64,000 nucleotides of DNA from Candidatus Latescibacterota bacterium. Lineage in GTDB: Bacteria; Latescibacterota; UBA2968; UBA8231. Below, piece by piece: positions 1-8,528 of this stretch; positions within the stretch are counted from its first letter, which is position 1; every line of letters begins with the position of its first letter. The notes below the pieces were generated by a model. That model saw only the letters and a program-made list of their open reading frames with translations. It was not told where the DNA came from and ran no database searches. The position numbers were made by a program, and so were the translations under genes. The DNA is taken from positions 192,001 through 256,000 of the forward strand of contig OZ242318.1 in the NCBI GenBank assembly GCA_965208105.1, in the 5' to 3' direction.

Positions 1-30
1 AAGGCGCCCGGGAATGTCAAGTGTGGACTC

Positions 31-930
31 CTAAAGGTCCATGGCGCAGCGGAATCCCTGTTTCTCGGTCTTGACGTGGGGTGCTCCGTAGAGGCGGGTG
101 GCTATGCGGACGTGGTATTTGTCGGAGCTGAAGGAGCCTCCCTTGATGACCTTGTTGCCGTTGCGGCCCGAGGCCGGACCCTGGGGATCCTGGGCGCCGT
201 CGCTGAGGCGGTAGTAGTTGACTCCCCACCAGTCGTGGACCCACTCCTCGGCGTTGCCGGCCATGTCCATGATGCCGAACGGGCTGACCCCGTCGGGAAA
301 GGAGCCCACCGGAGCTGTGAAGCGGTGGGAGTCGGCGGCCGGACCGGCATCGGGGCGGTAGTTTGCCCACCAGATTCCGTCTGCGTTCGGGTCTTCGTTC
401 CCCCAGGGGTACTTGCGGTAGATGCCGTCGCCGCCGCGGGCGGCGTATTCCCACTCCGCCTCGGTGGGCAGGCGCTTGCCGGCCCAGCGGCAATAGGCAT
501 AGGCGTCGAACCAGTTGAGTCCCACCGCCGGCTGGTCGTCCGCGTCGAGGTTTTCGTCCATGTATTTCTGCCGGTGGTCGAAGTTGGCCGGCTGGTCGGG
601 GTGGTCGAAACTGGTGTCCTTTCCGCCTCCGATGCCTTCGAGGAAGCGCCGGTAGAGGGCGTTGGTGACCTCGTGCTTGTCCATGTAGAAGGGGCTGATC
701 TTCACCCGGTGCAGGGGGTACTCGGCCTCGTAGTTGAGATAGCCGCTGCGGGGGCGGTCCTGGAGGTCCTCCCTCTTGCCGCCCATGTCGAATTCACCTG
801 CCGGGATGAAGAGCATTTCGGCGCCGTCCCCGGCTTTGATGATGGGGTCGGGGTCCAGGCTGCACTGGACCAGGGCGAGACTCGAGAGCAGCAGGGTGGC
901 GAGGGTTCCTGGGAACTGCTTGGGGGCCAT
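31..930 (-). CDS. FGE-sulfatase (SUMF1/EgtB/PvdO family) domain protein, probable lipoprotein
   Basis: IPAGEFDMG, HEVTN, RLPTEAEWEYAARG, DMAGNAEEW, GFRCA motifs; ATG at 930 with GGAGG upstream; hydrophobic N-terminus ending in Cys. Confidence 0.85.
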   Translation of the reverse strand: MAPKQFPGTLATLLLSSLALVQCSLDPDPIIKAGDGAEMLFIPAGEFDMGGKREDLQDRPRSGYLNYEAEYPLHRVKISPFYMDKHEVTNALYRRFLEGIGGGKDTSFDHPDQPANFDHRQKYMDENLDADDQPAVGLNWFDAYAYCRWAGKRLPTEAEWEYAARGGDGIYRKYPWGNEDPNADGIWWANYRPDAGPAADSHRFTAPVGSFPDGVSPFGIMDMAGNAEEWVHDWWGVNYYRLSDGAQDPQGPASGRNGNKVIKGGSFSSDKYHVRIATRLYGAPHVKTEKQGFRCAMDL

Positions 931-1081
931 TTGGAATGTTCCTCCTTCCGTGGATTGGGTATGGCCGGAATTTCCTTTTTCGGTCGGTCGATCGGAAGTA
1001 GCCCGTGTCAGGTGCCGCGGCTGGACCCGAACTCCCTCAGTTGAGTTTAACTTCCGCGACGGGAAAAAGTTCTGGGAAAGG

Positions 1082-2545
1082 TCAAGCCTTGTCAAAGAAG
1101 GTGATCCCCAGGCGGTTGGCGTAGGTGAGTTCCCTGCCTTCGTTGTCGGTCAGGGGGGTGGGCGGAGTCTTGCGGCGGGTGGCCAGGCTGACGAGGACCA
1201 GGGCCAGGGCGGCGAAGGGTACGGCCAGCAGGTCGGCGGGCAGGTCAGGTGTCAGAACCAGGAGGAATTGCCAGGCGGCGAATCCGGTGAAGATGGCGGC
1301 CAGGGCGCCGGGGCCGTTGCTGCGCGGCCACCAGATGCCCGCGGTGAGCGGGACGAAGAGAGTGGCGAGGAGGATGGACCAGGAGTCCACCATCAACTCG
1401 TAGACCGTGGTCTTGTGCAAGGCCAGGACCAGGGCGGCGAGGCCGAGGCCGATGACGGATAGACGAGCCAGGAGCAGGGAGCTTTTCTCGCTTGCCCGGG
1501 GGCGGAAGAACCGCAGCAGGTCCCACCCGACGACGCTGGCCGGCGCCAGCAGGGCGCTGTCGGCGCTGCTGAGCAGGGCCGACACCAGGGCGCCGAGGAA
1601 CAGGACCAGGGCGACCTCAGGCAGGTATTTCATGGCCAGCTCCATCATTACCAGGTCGGGGTCGGCCAGGTTGGGAAGTATGACGGCGCCCGCGATGCCC
1701 AGGAATACCGGCAGAAGGCCGATGGTCACGTAGAGCAGGCCGGCTAGGTAGGCGCTTCTGTAGGCTATGCGCTCGTTCCTGCTGGACAGGCTGCGCTGGA
1801 TCAGGTCCTGGCCGGCCAGGTTCCCCAGGCCGATGACCAGCCAGTCCCGGGCGTAGCTGAACCAGTCCGTGGCGGCGGCCGAGCGCGGAAAGAGGTGGAA
1901 ACGCTCGGCGGGAATTTGTGGCGCCAGGGCGCTCCAGCCGCCCATGTCGGCAAGAAGGAGGGGGGTGATGAAGAGGAGGCCGGCGATGAGGATGAGGACC
2001 TGGAAGAAGTCGGTGAGGGTAACCGCCCACATGCCTCCGGCAAAGGTGTAGAGAAGGACGATGAGGGCGGCGATACCGATCCCCGCAACCGGGTCCAGTC
2101 CGGTCACCGCCTGCAGGATGCGCCCGAAAGCCACCATCAGCGAGGCCACCCAGCCCACGTAGGCGGGGATGGTACAGAGGCTGGCCAGAAGACCCGCGTG
2201 GCGGTTGAAGCGCGCGGTAAAGAACGAGGCCACCGTCATCAGACCCATCCTGCGCATGATGCGGACGTAGAACAGCCCTGCCAGGAACAGACAGAGCGCC
2301 GCGCCGAAAGGGTCGGCGATGACGGCCAGAAAGCCTCCCTCGTAGGCGGCGCTGGCCGCGCCGATGCATATGCCCCCTCCGAACCAGGTCGCCGCCAAAG
2401 TGGCGGTACAGAAAACCAGGGAGAGGCGCTTGCCGGCCACGATGAAGTCCGCCGTGCCGCCGATGCGGCGGCTGGCGTAGAGACCGACGGCCAGGGTGAA
2501 CAGGCAGTAGATGCCCAGACCTGCCAGTACCAGCGGATGGGTCAT
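1082..2545 (-). CDS. Sodium:solute symporter family transporter
   Basis: Many TM segments; DFIVAGK, ATWFGG, YTFAGGMWAVTLTDFFQ, SSADSALLA motifs. Confidence 0.9.
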   Translation of the reverse strand: MTHPLVLAGLGIYCLFTLAVGLYASRRIGGTADFIVAGKRLSLVFCTATLAATWFGGGICIGAASAAYEGGFLAVIADPFGAALCLFLAGLFYVRIMRRMGLMTVASFFTARFNRHAGLLASLCTIPAYVGWVASLMVAFGRILQAVTGLDPVAGIGIAALIVLLYTFAGGMWAVTLTDFFQVLILIAGLLFITPLLLADMGGWSALAPQIPAERFHLFPRSAAATDWFSYARDWLVIGLGNLAGQDLIQRSLSSRNERIAYRSAYLAGLLYVTIGLLPVFLGIAGAVILPNLADPDLVMMELAMKYLPEVALVLFLGALVSALLSSADSALLAPASVVGWDLLRFFRPRASEKSSLLLARLSVIGLGLAALVLALHKTTVYELMVDSWSILLATLFVPLTAGIWWPRSNGPGALAAIFTGFAAWQFLLVLTPDLPADLLAVPFAALALVLVSLATRRKTPPTPLTDNEGRELTYANRLGITFFDKA

Positions 2546-2587
2546 TGGGGGGATTTTTCCCGGGAATGGCCTGCCATGACCTGGAAG

Positions 2588-2616
2588 AATATAGGTTTGC
2601 CCCGATGCGCGGACAA
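2588..2616 (-). promoter_or_regulatory. Putative sigma70 promoter for the symporter
   Basis: TTGTCC-17 bp-TATATT on the minus strand. Confidence 0.45.
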
Positions 2617-2639
2617 GTTCGAGGCGATTCGCGGAAAAA

Positions 2640-2676
2640 TGGCGAAATCCGCCAGTTGAAATGGCGCTTCAAGCCA
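2640..2676. promoter_or_regulatory. Two tandem palindromic sites, candidate enhancer (UAS) for the sigma54 activator
   Basis: TGGCG-aaatc-CGCCA (2640-2654) and TGGCG-cttca-AGCCA (2662-2676), 22 bp apart, about 90-130 bp upstream of the -24 box. Confidence 0.55.
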
Positions 2677-2766
2677 TAAGCGAAGTTTAAGGAAAAACTA
2701 ATGAATTTCCTATAAACAATTTGGGCACAATTATATACGAGTAATTTCCATCGCGTTTTTGAACTC

Positions 2767-2781
2767 TGGCACATATCTTGC
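2767..2781 (+). promoter_or_regulatory. sigma54 (-24/-12) promoter of the pspA operon
   Basis: TGGCAC-ATATC-TTGC with exact GG-N10-GC spacing, preceded by an AT-rich spacer. Confidence 0.8.
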
Positions 2782-2856
2782 GACTCCCGAAATGGAACTA
2801 TTGTCAAAATTTTAAAGTTTCCATATCATCCACAGGGAAAACAGGAGGGAAGCAGC

Positions 2857-3543
2857 ATGGCTAAAGGGACCTTTTCACGGATGACGGATATCCTCAAGGC
2901 CAACATCAACGAGGTGCTGGACCGCGCCGAAGATCCACAGAAGATGATCCGCCAGATGGTGCGGGAGATGGAGGATGCGGTGAACAAGGCAACCGCCTCG
3001 GTGGGCACGGCGGTGGCCAATCAGAAGCGCCTGGAACGACAGTTCACCGAAAGGATGAACCAGGTGCAGGATTGGCAGCGCAAGGCGGAGCGCGCGGTGG
3101 AGGCCGGGAACGACGAGCTGGGCCGGCGCGCCCTGGAGCGCAAATCCGCCTTTGCCAGGGCTGCGGCTGACCTGGAGCCGGTCCTCGAGGAGAGCCGGCA
3201 GTCCGCTGCCCAGCTCCGGGACCAGTTGCGCGAGCTCAAGACCAGGCTCGAGGAAGCGCGAGCGCGCCAGGGCACCCTGGTGGCCAGGCAGCGGGCTGCC
3301 GAGGCCAAGAAGAAGCTGTCCCAGAGCATATCGGGGCTTGGTACGGACGCCTTTTCCAGCTTTGAGCGCTTCGAGCAGAAGATCGAGGCCGCCGAGGCCG
3401 AAGCCGAGGCCCACGGCGAGATAGCCGGGGAAATGGCTTCGATCGAGAAGGAGGTTGGCCGGCTGGGCCGGGACAAGGAGGTCGAGGAGGAGTTGGCCGC
3501 TCTGAAATCCAGGCTGGGCAAAGGCGAACAGAGTGCGGAGTAG
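2857..3543 (+). CDS. pspA: PspA/IM30 family protein
   Basis: FSRMTDILKANINEVLDRAEDPQKMIRQ N-terminus, long coiled coil, FERFEQKI and VEEELAALK; GGAGG RBS. Confidence 0.95.
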   Translation: MAKGTFSRMTDILKANINEVLDRAEDPQKMIRQMVREMEDAVNKATASVGTAVANQKRLERQFTERMNQVQDWQRKAERAVEAGNDELGRRALERKSAFARAAADLEPVLEESRQSAAQLRDQLRELKTRLEEARARQGTLVARQRAAEAKKKLSQSISGLGTDAFSSFERFEQKIEAAEAEAEAHGEIAGEMASIEKEVGRLGRDKEVEEELAALKSRLGKGEQSAE

Positions 3544-3608
3544 CTGGGGGATAGTCGGGGCAGCCGGCGGGCATGCCGGGCAACCATGAATTCAGGTTGG
3601 GGGAACTT

Positions 3609-4070
3609 ATGGAAGGCGGTCTGAAGCGGCTCGGTGCTTTGTTCCTGAAAGCCTGGGCGGTGGCTCTCATACCCCTGGGGGTGGGAGTGATGCTCTACGG
3701 GTTCTTCAGGAAGCTGGCGCACAATCAGTGGGAAGATCCCCTGTCCATGGGCGTGGCCACGGTGGTCCTGGGAGCGATTCTGTGGGTTCTGGCCAAGAAA
3801 CTGGACGCCGCAGCGCAGCTCGTGCGCTATCGCCGCAGGCAGAACCGCGTCATTCGCCTGGCCAGGAAGTGCGGCGGGCGCCTGACCGCCACCGAGACGG
3901 CGGCGGAGGCGGGGTTGACGGTGGAGGAGGCCGAGGAGATTCTCAAGGGCCTGAGCGAAGGCGGCTACGTGGAGCTCGAGGTGGCGGAGGCGGGGATGAT
4001 GGTCTACAGTTTCCCCGAAGTGCTCTTTGCCCATGAGAAGCACGGCGGCCGGAGGGTCGATGAGGGCTGA
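3609..4070 (+). CDS. Two-TM membrane protein with C-terminal winged-helix-like domain
   Basis: Two hydrophobic helices, then GRLTATETAAEAGLTVEEAEEILKGL...ELEVAEAGMMVYSFP; start could also be 3573. Confidence 0.75.
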   Translation: MEGGLKRLGALFLKAWAVALIPLGVGVMLYGFFRKLAHNQWEDPLSMGVATVVLGAILWVLAKKLDAAAQLVRYRRRQNRVIRLARKCGGRLTATETAAEAGLTVEEAEEILKGLSEGGYVELEVAEAGMMVYSFPEVLFAHEKHGGRRVDEG

Positions 4071-4094
4071 GTCGCAACGAAAAGGAGGAAAATA

Positions 4095-4358
4095 GTGGAA
4101 AATGTGATCGTGCCACTGGCCTTTTTCGCCACCCTGGCCATAATCGTGCTGGGGCTCAGGGCCCTGAGGCTCACCGCAACTCTTCGCGGCGAGGCCCCGA
4201 AGGTTGAAGGAAAGGCCCCGAAGACTGAAGTAAATGCCCTGACGGAAGTCAGGACGAGGCTGGACGAAATCGAGCGGCGTCTAACCGATGTCCAGGACGT
4301 GATGATCTCTCTGAGCGAGAAGTTCGATCGCTGGGAGGAAGGAAGGGCCGCATCCTGA
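4095..4358 (+). CDS. Small single-TM plus coiled-coil protein (PspB-like architecture)
   Basis: AGGAGG RBS before GTG; N-terminal TM; C-terminal heptads VRTRLDEIERRLTDVQDVM. Confidence 0.75.
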   Translation: MENVIVPLAFFATLAIIVLGLRALRLTATLRGEAPKVEGKAPKTEVNALTEVRTRLDEIERRLTDVQDVMISLSEKFDRWEEGRAAS

Positions 4359-4409
4359 TGCGGGGTCGGAAAAGCCCGGCAACCCGGAAAAGCTGGAGGA
4401 GATAGAGAA

Positions 4410-4565
4410 ATGCTGGTCAAGATTCTGGGGGGACTGCTCCTGGTCGTGGGCATCGTGCTGGCCCTGCAGTATGTGTTTTCCCTGCTGATGACGGTCATCT
4501 CGGTGCTTTTCATAGGAGCGTTGATCTACGGGGGCTGGCGCCTCCTCAGCCGCGGGAACGACTGA
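4410..4565 (+). CDS. 51-aa two-TM membrane protein (not in ORF track)
   Basis: GGAGGAG RBS; MLVKILGGLLLVVGIVLALQYVFSLLMTVISVLFIGALIYGGWRLLSRGND*; fills the gap in the operon. Confidence 0.75.
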   Translation: MLVKILGGLLLVVGIVLALQYVFSLLMTVISVLFIGALIYGGWRLLSRGND

Positions 4566-4606
4566 GCGGGCCGCCTGCTTTTCCGGGGCCGGCGAGGGCC
4601 TAATAA

Positions 4607-5869
4607 TTGGTCGAAGACCGCATCGAAGATCTCGAGAAAGCCGCCGCCGCCGGCGAGCTGCAAGCCCATTTCCGCCTGGGATGGGTCTACGCCCGGCAGG
4701 CCAGGCAGAATCCTCCGGCGCGAAAATCGGCGGTCCGCCATTTCGAAGCCATTCTGGAGGCGGCCGCGTCGGGGCAGCCCTGGGATGGGCTGGACGTGGT
4801 CTGCTTCGCTCTCGGCGCCCTCCACGAGGAGGACCCCGAATCCCGTCCCCTGGCCATCGCCGCCTACCGCCGCGGCCTCTCCTTCAACCCTCTTTCAGCC
4901 AGCGGACACAACAGCCTGGGCCTGTTGCTCCTGAGCGGTGGTCAAACTCTGGGGGCATTGGGAGAATTCAAGCTGGCCATCCAGTTGGACCCGGCTCTCC
5001 CCGGTCCATATGCCAATCTGGCCCGGCTCTTCTCGGACCATCTCGAAACGGGGGACCTGGCGCGGGAGTTCCAGCACATCACCGCCGAGTTCGGAGCCAA
5101 CGCCGCGCAGGTCCTGGCGCGTCTCTCCCTCGAACTGGTCAGGGTGGGCAAGGAACAGGTGAGCGAGGGGTTCTACACCTGGGGGCATCGGCTCAAGAAC
5201 TCGGTGGGGATCGCCGGCAGCCGCCTGCGCACCCTGGCGCGCGACGCCGGGGACAGCGGTCCGGGCAGGGAAGAGCTGCTCGAACTGGCGGCTGACCAAG
5301 AGCGCCTCTTCGAGGAATGGGTGGGATATCTCGACGCCATGAAACCGGAGCAGGTCCGTCCGGCCATCGTCGACCCGGTAGCGCTGGTGCGCGGGGTGGT
5401 CGAGACCCTCGAGAGCCGCCCGGGTCGCTCGAGGATCCAGGTCCGGGTCCAGCAAGGGGTGCCTCAGATCGAGGGCGACGAGCGCATGCTGCGCGAGACC
5501 ATCCTCAACCTCTGTCTCAACGCCCTGGAAGCGGCTGGCAGGGCCAGGGGTGAAATCGTCCTCGGGGTGGGCTTCGATGAGGTTCGCAGAGTTCTGTTCA
5601 TCGAGGTCGAGGACGACGGGCCCGGAATTGACCAGGCCCATTTGGACCTGATTTTCGAGCCGGGGTTCACCACCAAGGAGCGCGGCAGCGGCTTCGGTCT
5701 CAGTATAGCGCGCCGCATCGCACATGCCCACGGCGGCGAGCTGCGGGTCAAGAGCCGCGTGGGTCACGGGGCGGTCTTCCGCCTGGATTTGCCGGTGAAT
5801 TTCGAGATTGAGGCCGCCGGAAGTCCCGGAGGCGATTTTCACGGGAGACAGGAGAAGTCCACGGGATGA
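4607..5869 (+). CDS. Soluble TPR-containing sensor histidine kinase
   Basis: N-terminal TPR-like repeats; H-box GHRLKN; N-box NLCLNALEA; DDGPGI, IFEPGFTTK, GSGFGL; no TM segment. Confidence 0.85.
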   Translation: MVEDRIEDLEKAAAAGELQAHFRLGWVYARQARQNPPARKSAVRHFEAILEAAASGQPWDGLDVVCFALGALHEEDPESRPLAIAAYRRGLSFNPLSASGHNSLGLLLLSGGQTLGALGEFKLAIQLDPALPGPYANLARLFSDHLETGDLAREFQHITAEFGANAAQVLARLSLELVRVGKEQVSEGFYTWGHRLKNSVGIAGSRLRTLARDAGDSGPGREELLELAADQERLFEEWVGYLDAMKPEQVRPAIVDPVALVRGVVETLESRPGRSRIQVRVQQGVPQIEGDERMLRETILNLCLNALEAAGRARGEIVLGVGFDEVRRVLFIEVEDDGPGIDQAHLDLIFEPGFTTKERGSGFGLSIARRIAHAHGGELRVKSRVGHGAVFRLDLPVNFEIEAAGSPGGDFHGRQEKSTG

Positions 5870-7293
5870 AGCAGGGCGGTGAAAAATATGTCCTCATTGC
5901 CGACGATCAGCGGGAAGTGCGCGAGCTTCTGGTCCGCAAACTGCGGGCGCGCGGCAAGGAAGTTCTCGACTTTCCCAGCGGTTCGGCCCTGTTGGAGCGC
6001 CTGGGGCAGGCACAGGGCGAGGTGGAGCTCGTGGTCCTCGACCTGGATTTCGGCGCCGGAGAGCCGGACGGGGTCGAGGTGCTCGCCCGGATCAAGGAGA
6101 CGCTTCCCGAGTTGCCGGTCATCATTCTCACCGGCAAGGGCAGCGTGGATACGGCGGTGAATGCGGTCCGGCATGGCGCCGCGGACTTCATAGAGAAGGA
6201 CTACTACGTCGAGGACAAGCTGGATATAAGCATGGAAAAGGTGGAGCGCATGCTCCAGGTCCTGCGCGAGAACGCCCGCCTGAAGGAGGAAAACGAGGCC
6301 CTGGGACGGGACAATGCTTTCTATCGCAGCGAGCTGGGGCGGCGCTACCGCATCGTCAGCGCCAGCCCGGGGATCGAAGCCCTGCTCGAGCAGATAGAGC
6401 GAATCGCTTCCATTCCGAGGCCGGTGCTGATCCGGGGGGAGCGGGGTACGGGAAAGGAGTTGATCGCGGCGGCGCTGCACTATGGCGGCGAGCGCCGCGG
6501 CCGTCCGTTCGTCAAGCTGAATTGTGCGGCTCTCTCGGATACCCTGCTGGAGTCGGAGCTCTTCGGCCACGAAAAGGGCGCGTTCACGGGGGCCGCGGAG
6601 ACGCGCCGGGGCCGCTTCGAGACCGCGGACGGAGGCACCTTGTTCCTCGACGAGGTCGGCAACACATCGGTGGAGTTCCAGAAAAACATTCTCCGGGTAA
6701 TCGAGTACCAGGAATTCGAGCGCATCGGCGGAAACCGCAACATCAGGGTGGATGTCCGGGTGGTGGCGGCAACCAACGCCGATTTGGAGCGGGAGATCGA
6801 AGCCGGCCGCTTCCGCGCCGATTTGTTCGACCGCCTGCGCTTTTCCGTCATCCACCTTCCGCCGCTGCGGGAGCGCCGGGAGGACCTCGGTCCCCTCATC
6901 GAGTATTTCACCACCGAGCTCTGCCGCGAAGTGGCCTCCATCGCCCCCCGGTCCATGAGCCCTGCCGCTCTCCGCTGCGTGCATGCCTATGGCTGGCCGG
7001 GAAACGTGCGCGAACTCAAGTTTGCGGTTGAGCGCGCCCTGTGCGTGGCCCGGGGAGGACGGATCGAGGTGGGCGATTTGCCGCCGGAGGTGCGGGGAGA
7101 TGGAGGCGCCGCCGCTCGGAGCGGAGGATTCGACGCAGAGGTCGGGGAGAAGGAACGGAACTTGCTGATCGGGGCCCTGAAATCGTCCGGAGGGAGCCAG
7201 AAGGATGCGGCACGAGGCCTGGGACTCACCTATGATCGGTTCCGCCACCTGCTGCGCAAGCACGGTTTGGTGGGTGGGCAGCCGGGCTGCTGA
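5866..7293 (+). CDS. sigma54-dependent response regulator (REC + PspF-like AAA+ + Fis-type HTH)
   Basis: REC motifs IADD, LDL, LTG, FIEK; GERGTGKE, GAFTGA, LFLDE, WPGNVREL; ATGA overlap with the kinase. Confidence 0.93.
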   Translation: MKQGGEKYVLIADDQREVRELLVRKLRARGKEVLDFPSGSALLERLGQAQGEVELVVLDLDFGAGEPDGVEVLARIKETLPELPVIILTGKGSVDTAVNAVRHGAADFIEKDYYVEDKLDISMEKVERMLQVLRENARLKEENEALGRDNAFYRSELGRRYRIVSASPGIEALLEQIERIASIPRPVLIRGERGTGKELIAAALHYGGERRGRPFVKLNCAALSDTLLESELFGHEKGAFTGAAETRRGRFETADGGTLFLDEVGNTSVEFQKNILRVIEYQEFERIGGNRNIRVDVRVVAATNADLEREIEAGRFRADLFDRLRFSVIHLPPLRERREDLGPLIEYFTTELCREVASIAPRSMSPAALRCVHAYGWPGNVRELKFAVERALCVARGGRIEVGDLPPEVRGDGGAAARSGGFDAEVGEKERNLLIGALKSSGGSQKDAARGLGLTYDRFRHLLRKHGLVGGQPGC

Positions 7294-7380
7294 AGCTGCG
7301 CTCTCCACCATCCTGACCAGGCCCTGGTTTTGGTTGGTAAAGCATTGTATAGAATGTAGTTCAAAGGAAACGGCGGCGGG

Positions 7381-7409
7381 TTGACAAGGCCCCGGGCCCC
7401 GCGTATATT
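7381..7409 (+). promoter_or_regulatory. sigma70 promoter for iscU-sod-prx
   Basis: TTGACA-17 bp-TATATT. Confidence 0.7.
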
Positions 7410-7470
7410 GTTGAAAATTGCAACCGGATTCAGGGGCATTTTCGACCTTTTCGAAAGGGCTGTGGCCGCC

Positions 7471-7848
7471 TTGGCTCTCTATAACGACATCGTCCTGGAC
7501 CACTACCAGAACCCGCGCAACGTGGGCATCCTCGAAGATGCCGACGCCGTGGCCACGGTGGAGAATTCGGCCTGTGGCGACGTGCTTCAGCTCTACCTCG
7601 AAATCGAGGCCGGGCGGGTTGTGCGCGCCGCCTTCAAGACCTTCGGTTGTGCGGCGGCCATCGCGGCCGGGTCCATGCTCACCGAGATGATCGAAGGGGC
7701 CACCCTGAAGGAGATCGAGAAGCTGCGCAAAGAGGACGTAGCCTCGGCCCTGGGAGGACTGCCGCCCATGAAGATGCATTGCTCGGTGCTGGCCGAAGAT
7801 GCCATTCAGGCAGCGCTGCAGCATTATCGTTCAAGGGCCGGGAGCTGA
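7471..7848 (+). CDS. iscU: Fe-S cluster scaffold protein IscU/NifU-N
   Basis: YNDIVLDHYQNPRNVG, ACGD, FKTFGC, LPPMKMHCSVLAEDA; TTG start inferred. Confidence 0.9.
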   Translation: MALYNDIVLDHYQNPRNVGILEDADAVATVENSACGDVLQLYLEIEAGRVVRAAFKTFGCAAAIAAGSMLTEMIEGATLKEIEKLRKEDVASALGGLPPMKMHCSVLAEDAIQAALQHYRSRAGS

Positions 7849-7904
7849 TCCCCGGGCGCGATTTCCCCTGACCATTCTCACTTCCAATCTGAAAGGATCT
7901 CAAG

Positions 7905-8513
7905 ATGGCTCACACTCTTCCCGATCTTCCCTATGGCTACGACGCGCTCGAACCTCACATCGACGCCCGTACCATGGAGATCCACCACGGCAAGCACCAC
8001 AATACCTACATCACCAACTTGAACGCCGCCCTGGAAGGGCATTCCGGCCTCGCGGCAAGGGGCATAGATGACCTCATCGCCGATCTGGATTCCGTCCCCG
8101 AAGATATCCGCACCGCGGTGCGCAACAACGGGGGCGGCCACGCCAATCACAGCCTGTTCTGGACCGTCATGAGCGGCAGCGGCGGGTCCCCGAGCGCGGA
8201 CCTCGCGGCCGCCATCGACAGCGACCTGGGCGGCATGGATTCCTTCAAGGAAAAATTCTCCACGGCCGGGACCACGCGCTTCGGCAGCGGCTGGGCCTGG
8301 CTGGTGGTCAAGGGAGGCAGCCTCGATGTGCTCAGCACTCCCAACCAGGACAACCCGGTCATGAGCGGAGACGGCACGCCCATCCTCGGCCTGGACGTCT
8401 GGGAGCACGCCTACTATTTGAACTACCAGAATCGCCGACCGGACTATATCGCGGCCTGGTGGAATGTGGTCAACTGGGACGAAGTGTCGTCGCGCTTCGC
8501 CGCCGCGAAATAG
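7905..8513 (+). CDS. sodA: Superoxide dismutase (probably Mn-type)
   Basis: [31 protein letters not shown]. Confidence 0.95.
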   Translation: MAHTLPDLPYGYDALEPHIDARTMEIHHGKHHNTYITNLNAALEGHSGLAARGIDDLIADLDSVPEDIRTAVRNNGGGHANHSLFWTVMSGSGGSPSADLAAAIDSDLGGMDSFKEKFSTAGTTRFGSGWAWLVVKGGSLDVLSTPNQDNPVMSGDGTPILGLDVWEHAYYLNYQNRRPDYIAAWWNVVNWDEVSSRFAAAK

Positions 8514-8528
8514 ATTAGGAGGCCATAA

